Of a stretch of DNA of 64,000 nucleotides, positions 44,722-53,416 are shown piece by piece. A program made the position numbers and the translations under genes. The first letter of the stretch is position 1; the number at the start of each line of letters is the position of its first letter. Source of the stretch: an uncultured Candidatus Saccharibacteria bacterium (lineage in GTDB: Bacteria > Patescibacteriota > Minisyncoccia > Phycocordibacterales > PCTT01); the NCBI GenBank assembly GCA_964566505.1, contig CAZMIM010000002.1, forward strand, positions 46,529 to 110,528, written 5' to 3'. The notes under the pieces were generated by a model, which had not been told where the DNA came from, did not search any database, and saw only the letters and a list, made by a program, of their open reading frames with translations.

Positions 44722-45057
44722 ATGTCAACACACAAGCACAGAGTTTCATCAAAAGACTTCTCTGTAGTTGTTTCAACTGGAAAAACAGTTAGAAACGGTG
44801 TGTGTACTCTTAAATATATAGAAAATGAGACACCACAATCCCCTACTTTGGTGTCTTTTTCTATACCAAAATCAGTTGAAAAAGGTGTAGTAAAAAGAAA
44901 TAAGCTAAAAAGAGTGGGTCGAGAAGTCCTTCGTTCTGTATATAAAGATATAAAACCAGGTTTTGTTTGTGTGGTTTTTTGTTATAGCAACAACAAAGAA
45001 GACATAACAATAGACATGGTTAGAGAGCTTTTTGAAAAAGCAGAGCTTCTAAATTGA
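44722..45057 (+). CDS. rnpA: ribonuclease P protein component
   Basis: The 111-aa basic protein lies directly after rpmH and carries the RNR-like motif ..RNKLKRVGREVLR. Confidence 0.8.
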   Translation: MSTHKHRVSSKDFSVVVSTGKTVRNGVCTLKYIENETPQSPTLVSFSIPKSVEKGVVKRNKLKRVGREVLRSVYKDIKPGFVCVVFCYSNNKEDITIDMVRELFEKAELLN

Positions 45058-45087
45058 AAAGAAGCTTAAATCAGGTACAATAACACA

Positions 45088-45858
45088 ATGATTGGATCAA
45101 TTTGGAACACTATTATATATAATCCGTTGTACAACGGATTCATTTTTTTAGCGGACATTCTACCATGGGCAGACCTTGGTGTGATTATTATCCTATTTAC
45201 TCTTGTTATTAAGCTTATTCTCTTCCCTCTTTCAATTCGCGCAACAAAAACACAACAAGCGGTGCGAACTATTGAACCAGAGATTAAAAAGCTCCGAGAA
45301 AAATATAAAAATGATAAACAAACACAAGCTCTCGAGGTTATGGAGCTCTATAAAGAGCACAATATAAAGCCTTTTTCTGGATTTCTTACTATTTTGATAC
45401 AAATTCCTATTATTTTTGGATTGTATTTTATTTTCCTACGAGGTGGACTACCAATGGTTAACGCAGACATATTATATTCCTTTGTTAAAGTTCCAGAGAT
45501 GATAAATACCACATTTCTCGGAGTGATGAATGTTACAGGAAAGAGCATTATATTGGCCCTGTTGACAGGTATAACTCAATTTTTCCATACAAAAATATCA
45601 TTTAAGAATCAAGACGATTTAAATGATAAAAAACTCGGAGAAGGTTCTTTGAAGGATGATTTTGTAAAGACAATGAAACTACAAATGAAATACGTGCTAC
45701 CTGTTTTTGTAGCGGTTATTTCATACACACTTTCAGCTGCAATCGCACTGTATTGGACAACAAGTAATATTTTTCATATAGTACAAGAGCTATATGTGGA
45801 GCGGATGGTACGTAATCCTAAGAAAAAGGATGAGTCCCCTGCCCCACAAAGCTCTTAG
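45088..45858 (+). CDS. yidC: membrane protein insertase YidC (short form)
   Basis: The 256-aa ORF has five TMs and the 60-kDa-IMP family core (..ILFPLSIRATKTQQAV..EHNIKPFSG..). Confidence 0.85.
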   Translation: MIGSIWNTIIYNPLYNGFIFLADILPWADLGVIIILFTLVIKLILFPLSIRATKTQQAVRTIEPEIKKLREKYKNDKQTQALEVMELYKEHNIKPFSGFLTILIQIPIIFGLYFIFLRGGLPMVNADILYSFVKVPEMINTTFLGVMNVTGKSIILALLTGITQFFHTKISFKNQDDLNDKKLGEGSLKDDFVKTMKLQMKYVLPVFVAVISYTLSAAIALYWTTSNIFHIVQELYVERMVRNPKKKDESPAPQSS

Positions 45859-45859
45859 T

Positions 45860-46339
45860 ATGAATGAAATCCAACAAATAAAACAACTTATAGAGGAAAC
45901 ACTAAATAAGATGGGTATTTCATACACATCAGTATCTGTTGTTGATACAGAGCTTCCTGACTACACTAAGTTTGATATTGAAACACAAGAGAGTGGAATG
46001 CTTATAGGAAAAGATGGAGAACACCTGTCAGCGCTATCTTTTGTTTTGAGAAAGATGCTTGAGAAGCAGTTTGATACCCAAGAAACACCACGATTTTATA
46101 TTGATATTGGAGGATACCAAAAAACAAAAATTGAGAAGATTCAAAAAGTTGCAAAGATTATGGCAGAAAGAGCAACTTCGTTTAAGCGAGATATAGAACT
46201 CCCACCAATGACAGCGTACGAGAGAATGGTTATACATTCTACTCTCAAAGAAATGCCAAACATTGAGACAGAATCACAAGGAAAAGGAAGAGATAGAAGG
46301 ATTTATGTTCGCTTCAAAGAAGAAACACCCATTATTTAA
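45860..46339 (+). CDS. Jag/KhpB-like RNA-binding protein (KH plus R3H domains)
   Basis: The start is taken at the internal MNEIQQIK. The C-terminal R3H-like segment reads ELPPMTAYERMVIHSTLKE. It follows yidC as in canonical origin clusters. Confidence 0.7.
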   Translation: MNEIQQIKQLIEETLNKMGISYTSVSVVDTELPDYTKFDIETQESGMLIGKDGEHLSALSFVLRKMLEKQFDTQETPRFYIDIGGYQKTKIEKIQKVAKIMAERATSFKRDIELPPMTAYERMVIHSTLKEMPNIETESQGKGRDRRIYVRFKEETPII

Positions 46340-46362
46340 AAAACCGCCAGAGGCGGTTTTTT
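46337..46362. terminator. bidirectional rho-independent terminator
   Basis: aaaaaaccgccagaggcggtttttt lies between the convergent jag and the 46361-47575 gene. Confidence 0.6.
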
Positions 46363-47575
46363 AGAGCTCTATTCCCCACGCACTTAAGTCTCTTTTGTTT
46401 ATGAAGTAAAGATAATTTTCATCTTCATTGATAATAAGATTTGTTCCATCTATAAATTGAGAAACATCTTCTTGTGGGGTCATGATTTTGTCTGTAGCAA
46501 AACTGTTTATATCAACTTTCCAAAATACGTCATTAAAGAAAAACTCTCCTTTGTACCAATCATCAGGATAGAGTGCTTGTTGTATAAACTCAGGGACAGC
46601 ACAGTATAGTGATTCTTCTTCGAACCACGTACATTTCTCAGGAAGTGTTGTTATTGGAAGCTCCTGTGAGGTGTCTTCTGAGACATTGTACAGATATGTA
46701 TCGAAGCCACCAAAGATGTTTGTTCGTGCATACAAAACAAAAGAGCCTTCTGGTGATACGAGTGTTGTAAGGCCATCTGCAGACAGGATTTTATTAAATG
46801 AGCGGGATGAAACAGAGAAAAAATATAGTGAACCGTGTGTGTTTGCGGTTGGCGCGCTTGTGAATGCTATTTGGTTTGGGCTAAACCACTGCAGGTTCCA
46901 GTTTTTGTAAGAAGAGTTAAAGATATTTCGAGTGTTTCCGGTTGTTTGTGTGTAGTCTATACCAACAACATCCAAAACACGATCTATTAAGTAGAAATAT
47001 TTATTCCCTGCTGGTGATACAGCCACAGAAGAAATGTTGTTTGGTAAAAATTCTGTTTCAACACCGTTCTCATTAAGCACTCCCCACACACTCTCGATAC
47101 TTTCATAATCTGTATTTATATATTGATACAACACAGAGCCATTTTCACCTACAAGCGCTCTTTGAGAGCTTGGTACGGTTGTGTTCGAAACACGTTCTGT
47201 TTGTTTTGAGCTTGTGTCGTGCTCATATATATGACCGGTTGCCCTATTTACTATATATACACCATTTTCAGAAAGTCCAATTCCAGATGATGGTTGGTTG
47301 TGGGCTTTAAATACATTTTTAGCACTTCCACCGCTTACCCCAACAGAAGAAACAGCGCCTGAGTTTGTGCTCTCAAAAGGATCTTGTGTGGACTGGCCAC
47401 CTCCTCTATCGGTGTTCTCAGTTGGTTCTCCAAAAGGAAACAAGTCTACAGAGTCGTCTTGTCCCATTAAATCAATATTGTTATTTCCACCAATTCCACG
47501 AATTACAAAGAACCCCACAAGAGCAAGGATGAGAATGACAAGTATTAGAATTATAAAAAATCGCTTTTGGAACAT
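46361..47575 (-). CDS. membrane-anchored protein with a predicted extracytoplasmic beta-propeller-like domain (last gene of the T4SS-like operon)
   Basis: The start is taken at the internal MFQKRFFIILILVILIL (a TM anchor). The rest is beta-rich with repeated aromatic and Gly patterns. It is translationally coupled to the upstream gene. Confidence 0.4.
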   Translation of the reverse strand: MFQKRFFIILILVILILALVGFFVIRGIGGNNNIDLMGQDDSVDLFPFGEPTENTDRGGGQSTQDPFESTNSGAVSSVGVSGGSAKNVFKAHNQPSSGIGLSENGVYIVNRATGHIYEHDTSSKQTERVSNTTVPSSQRALVGENGSVLYQYINTDYESIESVWGVLNENGVETEFLPNNISSVAVSPAGNKYFYLIDRVLDVVGIDYTQTTGNTRNIFNSSYKNWNLQWFSPNQIAFTSAPTANTHGSLYFFSVSSRSFNKILSADGLTTLVSPEGSFVLYARTNIFGGFDTYLYNVSEDTSQELPITTLPEKCTWFEEESLYCAVPEFIQQALYPDDWYKGEFFFNDVFWKVDINSFATDKIMTPQEDVSQFIDGTNLIINEDENYLYFINKRDLSAWGIEL

Positions 47576-47576
47576 A

Positions 47577-48824
47577 TTAATCGTTATATACGGAAAAGTG
47601 GTCTGCAGAAATATGTGTCCCAAAGAACTTTATTTCTCCACCGCCGGGTATTGATATCCCCTCAAATGCTTCTAGTATTTTATCTGCTCTATTTCTTTCT
47701 CTTATTTCATACACAGCTCTTAACCCAGAATCGCTTGCAGCTTTAAAGAAAGACATCAGATATGCAACTTGTGTGTTTAAATCTGCAGTTTGAACCAGAA
47801 CAGCAGACTGGCCTGTGAAGTTCGCATCAAAACATGTTCCGTTGTAGTGACACTGACTCGCATGATTCCACTCTGGCGGGAAAGCCTCGGTTATTTGCCA
47901 CTGGATTTGCTGCTGACTCAGTGTTGTGTGTAAATTTTTAAGTTTTGGAATAAGATCTTTGTGGATACCCGTGTTCGAATCAGATTTTATAGGAAAATTA
48001 GCGTCTATTTCTTTAAAAATATCCAAACAATTATCTTCTCCTCCTAAGCACATTGCCCCAGAATCACTTGGCGACACAGCTTCATTTCCATCATCATCAA
48101 AATATATACAATCATCATAAACCTGAAAAAAGTTTTCTAGGTCAAGGTTTATAAAATTATTTGCCATAAGCGCGTATTGAGCGGTTTTACATTCTCCTTT
48201 GCTTTCAAAAGGTCCATATAAATCGTTTGTTAAGTGTACTCGAAAGTAAAAACCAGGGCCTCTGAATTGATTTTTGACCAGCGTTCCAAAGTTTGTTGTA
48301 GATGCTGTAGCCGGGCTGATACCCTTAAGTGAAGTGAGGTCTGGGTTTATTGTGTTTAGCAGCAGCACTGAAAGAAGAGCAATACCCAACCCCCAAAGAG
48401 CACGACGAACATCCGAAAGAGCATTGCTCTTCCCAGTAACAGAGCCTTGTGTCATATACTTTGCACCAGCAATAACAATCATAAGCACAGCAAAAGCAGA
48501 CGCGAGCCCGATTGATAGTTTGAGAATACTGTTTACAAAATCAGCAAATGAACGCTCGTCTCCGATTGGTAAAACAGAAACATATCTATTATTTTCTGCG
48601 TCAAAACGAAGTTCCTGGCCTTCTATATTTATAGGGGCTAGTAAAACATAATCAGATGTTCCATTTGGTGTTGTTCCATATATATATGCTTCACATTCAC
48701 TTTGAGAAAGACCCTGGTATAGCATACATTCTTCTATAACCGTTCTTTGTGCGAAAACAAAAAATGGGGTTAGTAGAAAATAAAATACAATAAAACTAAA
48801 TAAGATTTTTTTCATAATATTCAT
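47577..48824 (-). CDS. secreted/membrane protein with an internal VirB2/TrbC-pilin-like two-helix hairpin and a large Cys-rich C-terminal domain
   Basis: A signal peptide is followed by the FADFVNSILKLSIGLASAFAVLMIVIAGAKYMTQG...ALWGLGIALLSVLLLNTI hairpin, which is reminiscent of T4SS pilin subunits. About 250 aa of hydrophilic, Cys-containing domain follow. Confidence 0.4.
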   Translation of the reverse strand: MNIMKKILFSFIVFYFLLTPFFVFAQRTVIEECMLYQGLSQSECEAYIYGTTPNGTSDYVLLAPINIEGQELRFDAENNRYVSVLPIGDERSFADFVNSILKLSIGLASAFAVLMIVIAGAKYMTQGSVTGKSNALSDVRRALWGLGIALLSVLLLNTINPDLTSLKGISPATASTTNFGTLVKNQFRGPGFYFRVHLTNDLYGPFESKGECKTAQYALMANNFINLDLENFFQVYDDCIYFDDDGNEAVSPSDSGAMCLGGEDNCLDIFKEIDANFPIKSDSNTGIHKDLIPKLKNLHTTLSQQQIQWQITEAFPPEWNHASQCHYNGTCFDANFTGQSAVLVQTADLNTQVAYLMSFFKAASDSGLRAVYEIRERNRADKILEAFEGISIPGGGEIKFFGTHISADHFSVYND

Positions 48825-49516
48825 TATATATCACCAAATATTAGACGTAATTGCTGAGAAGCTCTAGAGAAAAGGTTGTTTTTATCACGAGCGGACAAAC
48901 TAATAGAAACAGAGCCTCCTACCCCACCATCTCGCAGAGTTATTTTTGGAGAATTATTATTTATTAAGTTTCTATTGATTTTCCACTCATAATCAACAAA
49001 ATAAGAATCTCTTTCTGAGGCAAAGAAGAACGGATACGCCTCGAGCGTAATTTCTGTGTCTGTTGTGTTTATCTCATCACCCCATGATTGTCCAAAAAGA
49101 GTTCCAAGAGCGGGGTTGTTTTTGTAAATATATATTTCTGGGTCTGATACTTGGAGAGAAATACTTTTATTTGAAATTACAGCGCCGTTCTCATCCACTA
49201 GCTCAAGCGTTACTGTATTATTTCTAGGAGAGCTTGTGAACACAAAAGTATCTTTACCAACACCAGATTGCTCAGCAATACCGTAGTTGTTAAATCTCCA
49301 TCGATAATTTAGTGATTGAGGATTTACCACATCAACAATCGCAACAACACGAACACTAGCGCCTACAGTAATAAGGGGTCGGCCTGTATAAAATGGCGGT
49401 GTATATGTTTCTGCTTCCCAAAGCAGATCAATATCATCTGCGGTCTGTGCACTTACTACATTAGAAAAAGAAAGAAAAACAAAAAGTATTATTGTTATGT
49501 AGAGTATTTTTTTCAT
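48824..49516 (-). CDS. secreted beta-rich protein (hypothetical)
   Basis: A signal peptide (MKKILYITIILFVFLSFSNVVSAQ) precedes an otherwise hydrophilic protein. Its stop overlaps the next start (TAATG). Confidence 0.4.
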   Translation of the reverse strand: MKKILYITIILFVFLSFSNVVSAQTADDIDLLWEAETYTPPFYTGRPLITVGASVRVVAIVDVVNPQSLNYRWRFNNYGIAEQSGVGKDTFVFTSSPRNNTVTLELVDENGAVISNKSISLQVSDPEIYIYKNNPALGTLFGQSWGDEINTTDTEITLEAYPFFFASERDSYFVDYEWKINRNLINNNSPKITLRDGGVGGSVSISLSARDKNNLFSRASQQLRLIFGDI

Positions 49517-49920
49517 TATGCTGCTCTATTTATAAGTCGCTCTTTTCTAGCAACTCGCTCTTGTTGGACACGAGAAAGTGTTTGGTTTGTTTTTTGTGCA
49601 CTTTGTTTCTCAGTATCCTCTTCTCGAGTTGCTTTGATGTTTAGAAATACTACTGTCGTAAGCTCAGGCAAAGCATTCACGATTGGTATAAGACCAACAA
49701 TCATTCCAACAACAGCTCCTTGCGCCATCTTTTTGTTTTGTGTGTATGGTGCGCCATTTATAATGAACCACACAGGAAATATTATCCAGCTCGCGAGCCA
49801 TGTTGCCCAGTTTGCAACAGTCCCTACCGCAAGGGCGGTAAGCAAAAGCTCTAGCAAGTCAATAAAGAGTGCTGTTCCGAGCATAAGCCATTTTGTGATG
49901 TCGCTGATTCGGTAGTCCAT
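49516..49920 (-). CDS. small polytopic membrane protein (hypothetical)
   Basis: The 134-aa ORF has about three TMs and is translationally coupled on both sides. Confidence 0.4.
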   Translation of the reverse strand: MDYRISDITKWLMLGTALFIDLLELLLTALAVGTVANWATWLASWIIFPVWFIINGAPYTQNKKMAQGAVVGMIVGLIPIVNALPELTTVVFLNIKATREEDTEKQSAQKTNQTLSRVQQERVARKERLINRAA

Positions 49921-51737
49921 TATTGTTGTGGGTTAACTGCGTCTTTTTGGTTCTTTATAGCCAAAAGCTGAGACGGGTCAGATGTAATTATTTGATCTTC
50001 TGTGTAAGAAGCAATAATCTTTATAGCCACATGCTTTAGACCTGCAAAGAATATTCCTTCCCCTACCCCAGATTCAAGGAGCAGATACTTTTCTTCGTCA
50101 GTTAGGTTGAAAGTTTTTTGCACTTCTTCAATGGCAGATGGACTTTGTTTTAGTAGTAGCTGTATAGAAGAGTTTGAGATAATAGGCATGCCGTATGGAG
50201 ATTTCAAAAAGTCGCCAACATCTTGTGTAATAGTTGAAAGCCCGAGGTAGTATTTTCGTCCTCGCTTTGCCATTCCAAACAGGAATGATGCAGTATCTTC
50301 TGAGCGCATCATCCACCACGCCTCATCAATTACCAAAAGCCGTTTCTTGAGCTCTTTTCGTACGGCGTTCCATATATAGTGGGTTACGATATGCATCGCT
50401 ACAGGCTTTAGCTCGTCTTCCATATCTCGTACTGAGAACACTACAAATTTCTTATCAATATCTACATTTGAAGCTTTATTAAGGAAGCCCGCCCATGTTC
50501 CTCGAGTGTATTTTGAAAGACGCTGTACAAGCGAGTCTGTTCCCTCTATTCCCGCAAGCACAAGCTCAAAATCAGATAGAAGCGGTGGCGAAATGTCTTT
50601 TAGGTCAGAGTCAGGGGTAATGTCTTTCAGCGCGTATGTTTCAGTTATAGCTTTGTCGATAATAGAATCCTCTTCTGGTGTAAGTCCACCGAGCATGATT
50701 CGCATAAGTCCCACAAGAGACACGATATGTGAACGAAGTACGTCTGCAGGAGACTCATCTTCTCGTGGTTTTGGAAGATCAAATGGGTTTATGTGGTGCT
50801 CTGATGTGAGTGAGATGTTGAAGTACCTACCGCCAGTAGATTCTGCTAGATATTCGTATTCTCTTTCTGGGTCAATAACAATTACATCAGTTCCAAACAT
50901 AAGTGAACGCAAAATCTCAAGCTTGGTAGCGTATGATTTTCCAGAACCAGCTTGCGCAAATGTTACAGAGTTATAGTTTTCCATTGAAAAACGGTCGAAG
51001 AGTATCAGGCTTGAGTTGTGTCGGTTGATTCCATAAAGTATTCCCCTATTTGATGTCAGGTCAAAAGAAATAAATGGGAACAAGCTAGATAGTGGTGATG
51101 AGTTTAGCTTTGAGTGCACTTTTAATGCATCGCTTGATATAGGAAGAACGCTTTTAAAGCCTTGCTCTTGCTGGAAGAGTGCTGGTTTTAGGTAGATAAG
51201 TTTTGATTCCAATACTGACTTAAGCTCTGACTCAATTTTATCGAGCTCATCTGAAGAGTCTCCATAAATAGTTATATAGAGCCCAACATCAAAGATGCGC
51301 TCTCGTGCTTGTTGTAGGTCATCTCGGAGCTGTTCAAGGTCTTGATAAGCTGTATCAAGCATTGGGTCTCGCACGAGTCCTTTTTCGTATCGTGTATTGA
51401 TTTGGCTTTCTACTTCAGCAACTTTTTTCTGGAACTTTTTTAGTATTTGGGCTGTGTCTATTGGGTTTACCACAATAGATACATCAAATTCCCTATCCAT
51501 GTTTACCACAGGAGAAAACCAACTATCAGAAAGAAACCGAGGGTACGAGATTACGAAAAATGTTCGAGCAACCTTGTCCCCCAGACCAAGCTCTTTTGAA
51601 GAAACTTTTAGTGCAGAAGGTGCAATAACATCTTGAAGCTCCAAAACCCCAGCCTCGTATATTTGCTGCGGAAGCACTGGTGTAATAGAAGGGTTTGCAG
51701 ACTCTTTATTCTTTTTTAGAAAATCAAATATGCCCAT
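49920..51737 (-). CDS. virB4: VirB4/TrbE/CagE-family T4SS ATPase, C-terminal ATPase portion
   Basis: The ORF has Walker A (FAQAGSGKSYATK) and Walker B (LLVIDEAWWMM) in a VirB4-type context. Its start follows the N-domain ORF's stop after a 1-nt gap. Confidence 0.8.
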   Translation of the reverse strand: MGIFDFLKKNKESANPSITPVLPQQIYEAGVLELQDVIAPSALKVSSKELGLGDKVARTFFVISYPRFLSDSWFSPVVNMDREFDVSIVVNPIDTAQILKKFQKKVAEVESQINTRYEKGLVRDPMLDTAYQDLEQLRDDLQQARERIFDVGLYITIYGDSSDELDKIESELKSVLESKLIYLKPALFQQEQGFKSVLPISSDALKVHSKLNSSPLSSLFPFISFDLTSNRGILYGINRHNSSLILFDRFSMENYNSVTFAQAGSGKSYATKLEILRSLMFGTDVIVIDPEREYEYLAESTGGRYFNISLTSEHHINPFDLPKPREDESPADVLRSHIVSLVGLMRIMLGGLTPEEDSIIDKAITETYALKDITPDSDLKDISPPLLSDFELVLAGIEGTDSLVQRLSKYTRGTWAGFLNKASNVDIDKKFVVFSVRDMEDELKPVAMHIVTHYIWNAVRKELKKRLLVIDEAWWMMRSEDTASFLFGMAKRGRKYYLGLSTITQDVGDFLKSPYGMPIISNSSIQLLLKQSPSAIEEVQKTFNLTDEEKYLLLESGVGEGIFFAGLKHVAIKIIASYTEDQIITSDPSQLLAIKNQKDAVNPQQ

Positions 51738-51738
51738 A

Positions 51739-52383
51739 TTATTTTAGTGGAATTGGTTTTTCTAGATCTCCAGGGTTGAATATTTTGTAATAAAGTTCGA
51801 TAAGCTCTTCTGTGCCAAGTCGTGCCACTTGTACTCCAGTACGAGAAAGACCTTGCTCTACTATTCCCACCCTTTGCTCAAGCTGTGAAAGGTATTCTTG
51901 GAATGTCTGATCATCATTTTGTGTGCTCTGACCCCCTTTTTTCTTTCCTGGAAGTAGTGATGTGATACCTCCCTTTTGTTTTATAACAGGAGGAGTATAA
52001 GGAACCACAACAAAGAAAGATTTTGACATAATATCTGACCCTTCAGTGAACTTTTTGATGAAGTTTATATATTCCTGGGTCTGAATCTTCATCAAATCAT
52101 TACTTTGTTTTGTTTGGAGCTCTTCTAGAAGCGCTATATACGGTCTGATATCAAGCTCTCGAGATTGGATGAAGAACTGCACAGAGAAATCTAGCGAGTT
52201 TAGGAAGTTTTGAAACTGGAACAATACAGACTCCTGCTCATCACGAGATTTAAGTGCAAGGTTTATAGACGAAGCCATCAAAACAGCCCTAAGCGACTTG
52301 TCTTTAAGTACCACAACGCCGCCTCGAATCTCCTCGATAGGTACAAAATTTTGTGCTGATTGTGCGTTTTGTGTAGTAGCCAT
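51739..52383 (-). CDS. VirB4/TrbE N-terminal domain protein (split from the ATPase portion)
   Basis: FVPIEEIRGGVVVLKDKSLRAVLMASSINLALKSRDEQES matches the CagE_TrbE_VirB N-domain pattern. Its stop at 51739-51741 is immediately followed by the ATG of the ATPase ORF. Confidence 0.55.
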   Translation of the reverse strand: MATTQNAQSAQNFVPIEEIRGGVVVLKDKSLRAVLMASSINLALKSRDEQESVLFQFQNFLNSLDFSVQFFIQSRELDIRPYIALLEELQTKQSNDLMKIQTQEYINFIKKFTEGSDIMSKSFFVVVPYTPPVIKQKGGITSLLPGKKKGGQSTQNDDQTFQEYLSQLEQRVGIVEQGLSRTGVQVARLGTEELIELYYKIFNPGDLEKPIPLK

Positions 52384-52385
52384 AG

Positions 52386-52829
52386 TTATCTAATGGTATC
52401 AGGTTTTTTATTTTGTGCTTCTTGTGAATACATGCTGTCTTTTACCCCCAAACTCCATGCAATATCTTTTAGCTTGCTATCAGATAGACGAGGAACAGTG
52501 ACCTGTTCTATTGCTGTTTTTGCAGAAGCGCTTTTTTGTGTCGGTTTTTTCTGATTTTTCTTCCAAATATAGAGCTTCCCCCCAAACGAATACTTTATAG
52601 CTGACTCCATAATCTCAATAAATGGTTTTCCATTGATTTTGTAGAAAGCGAGCGCAAGCGCCAAGCCAACAATGGGAACAATAAGAAGTATTGCAATGAT
52701 TGTTGGCAGGACTTGCCAGATAACAAACGCAATACCTCCCCCACCAGCAACATACACAAATTGTTTGAATGTGAGTGGGCCAAAGATTTTGTCTTCAACC
52801 TCGATAAATTGTGGTACTTGGAATTGCAT
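52386..52829 (-). CDS. VirB3-like / PrgI-family small membrane protein
   Basis: MQFQVPQFIEVEDKIFGPLTFKQFVY followed by two TM helices is the typical VirB3/PrgI pattern. It sits directly upstream of VirB4, as in canonical systems. Confidence 0.5.
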   Translation of the reverse strand: MQFQVPQFIEVEDKIFGPLTFKQFVYVAGGGGIAFVIWQVLPTIIAILLIVPIVGLALALAFYKINGKPFIEIMESAIKYSFGGKLYIWKKNQKKPTQKSASAKTAIEQVTVPRLSDSKLKDIAWSLGVKDSMYSQEAQNKKPDTIR

Positions 52830-52834
52830 AATAA

Positions 52835-53413
52835 TTATTCTACTGATTCTCGATATGGATCCGATGATTTTTGTGGGACATTTTGTTTCGGCTGAGGTGC
52901 TTTCTTTGTCTGGTTCTTAATCACAACAGGCTCATTTAGTTTTGAGCCAACAACAGCGTTTGTTTTCTGTGGTTTCTCTATTTCTTTTAGAAGCTCATCT
53001 GACACAGATGGTCTTGGCGCTTGGGTTTTCAGCTCTTGTGCGCTCGGGTGTTCTACTGGTTTTATTTTTTCTGCCGGCATAGGCTCGCTAACAGCTTGTC
53101 TTTTTGGTGCTATTAGGTGCTGTCTTATTGGTTGGAATATTTGTGAATCCACATCAGAGATTATTTGATTAATTTTTTCTTCAGGAAGTTGTAAGGCACT
53201 TTTTAGGTTTTTAGGAAAATCATTTGGTTGTGTAAACCCAAGGATAACCAAACTAATTTGGTCTGCCAAAAGCCCTGATTGCTCAATGTTTAGGCCGTGT
53301 TTTTCTTGAATTCCAGAGAGCGTTTCAATGGCGATATCTGTTGTGAGCGAGTCTTTAAGCTCTTGTGGAAGCTCTCCAAATCGCTCTATTCTTTTGTCTT
53401 TAGGAACACTCAT
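52835..53413 (-). CDS. hypothetical protein with a P/Q/K-rich low-complexity C-terminus
   Basis: The 192-aa ORF has no TMs and no recognisable family. Confidence 0.35.
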   Translation of the reverse strand: MSVPKDKRIERFGELPQELKDSLTTDIAIETLSGIQEKHGLNIEQSGLLADQISLVILGFTQPNDFPKNLKSALQLPEEKINQIISDVDSQIFQPIRQHLIAPKRQAVSEPMPAEKIKPVEHPSAQELKTQAPRPSVSDELLKEIEKPQKTNAVVGSKLNEPVVIKNQTKKAPQPKQNVPQKSSDPYRESVE

Positions 53414-53416
53414 TTT

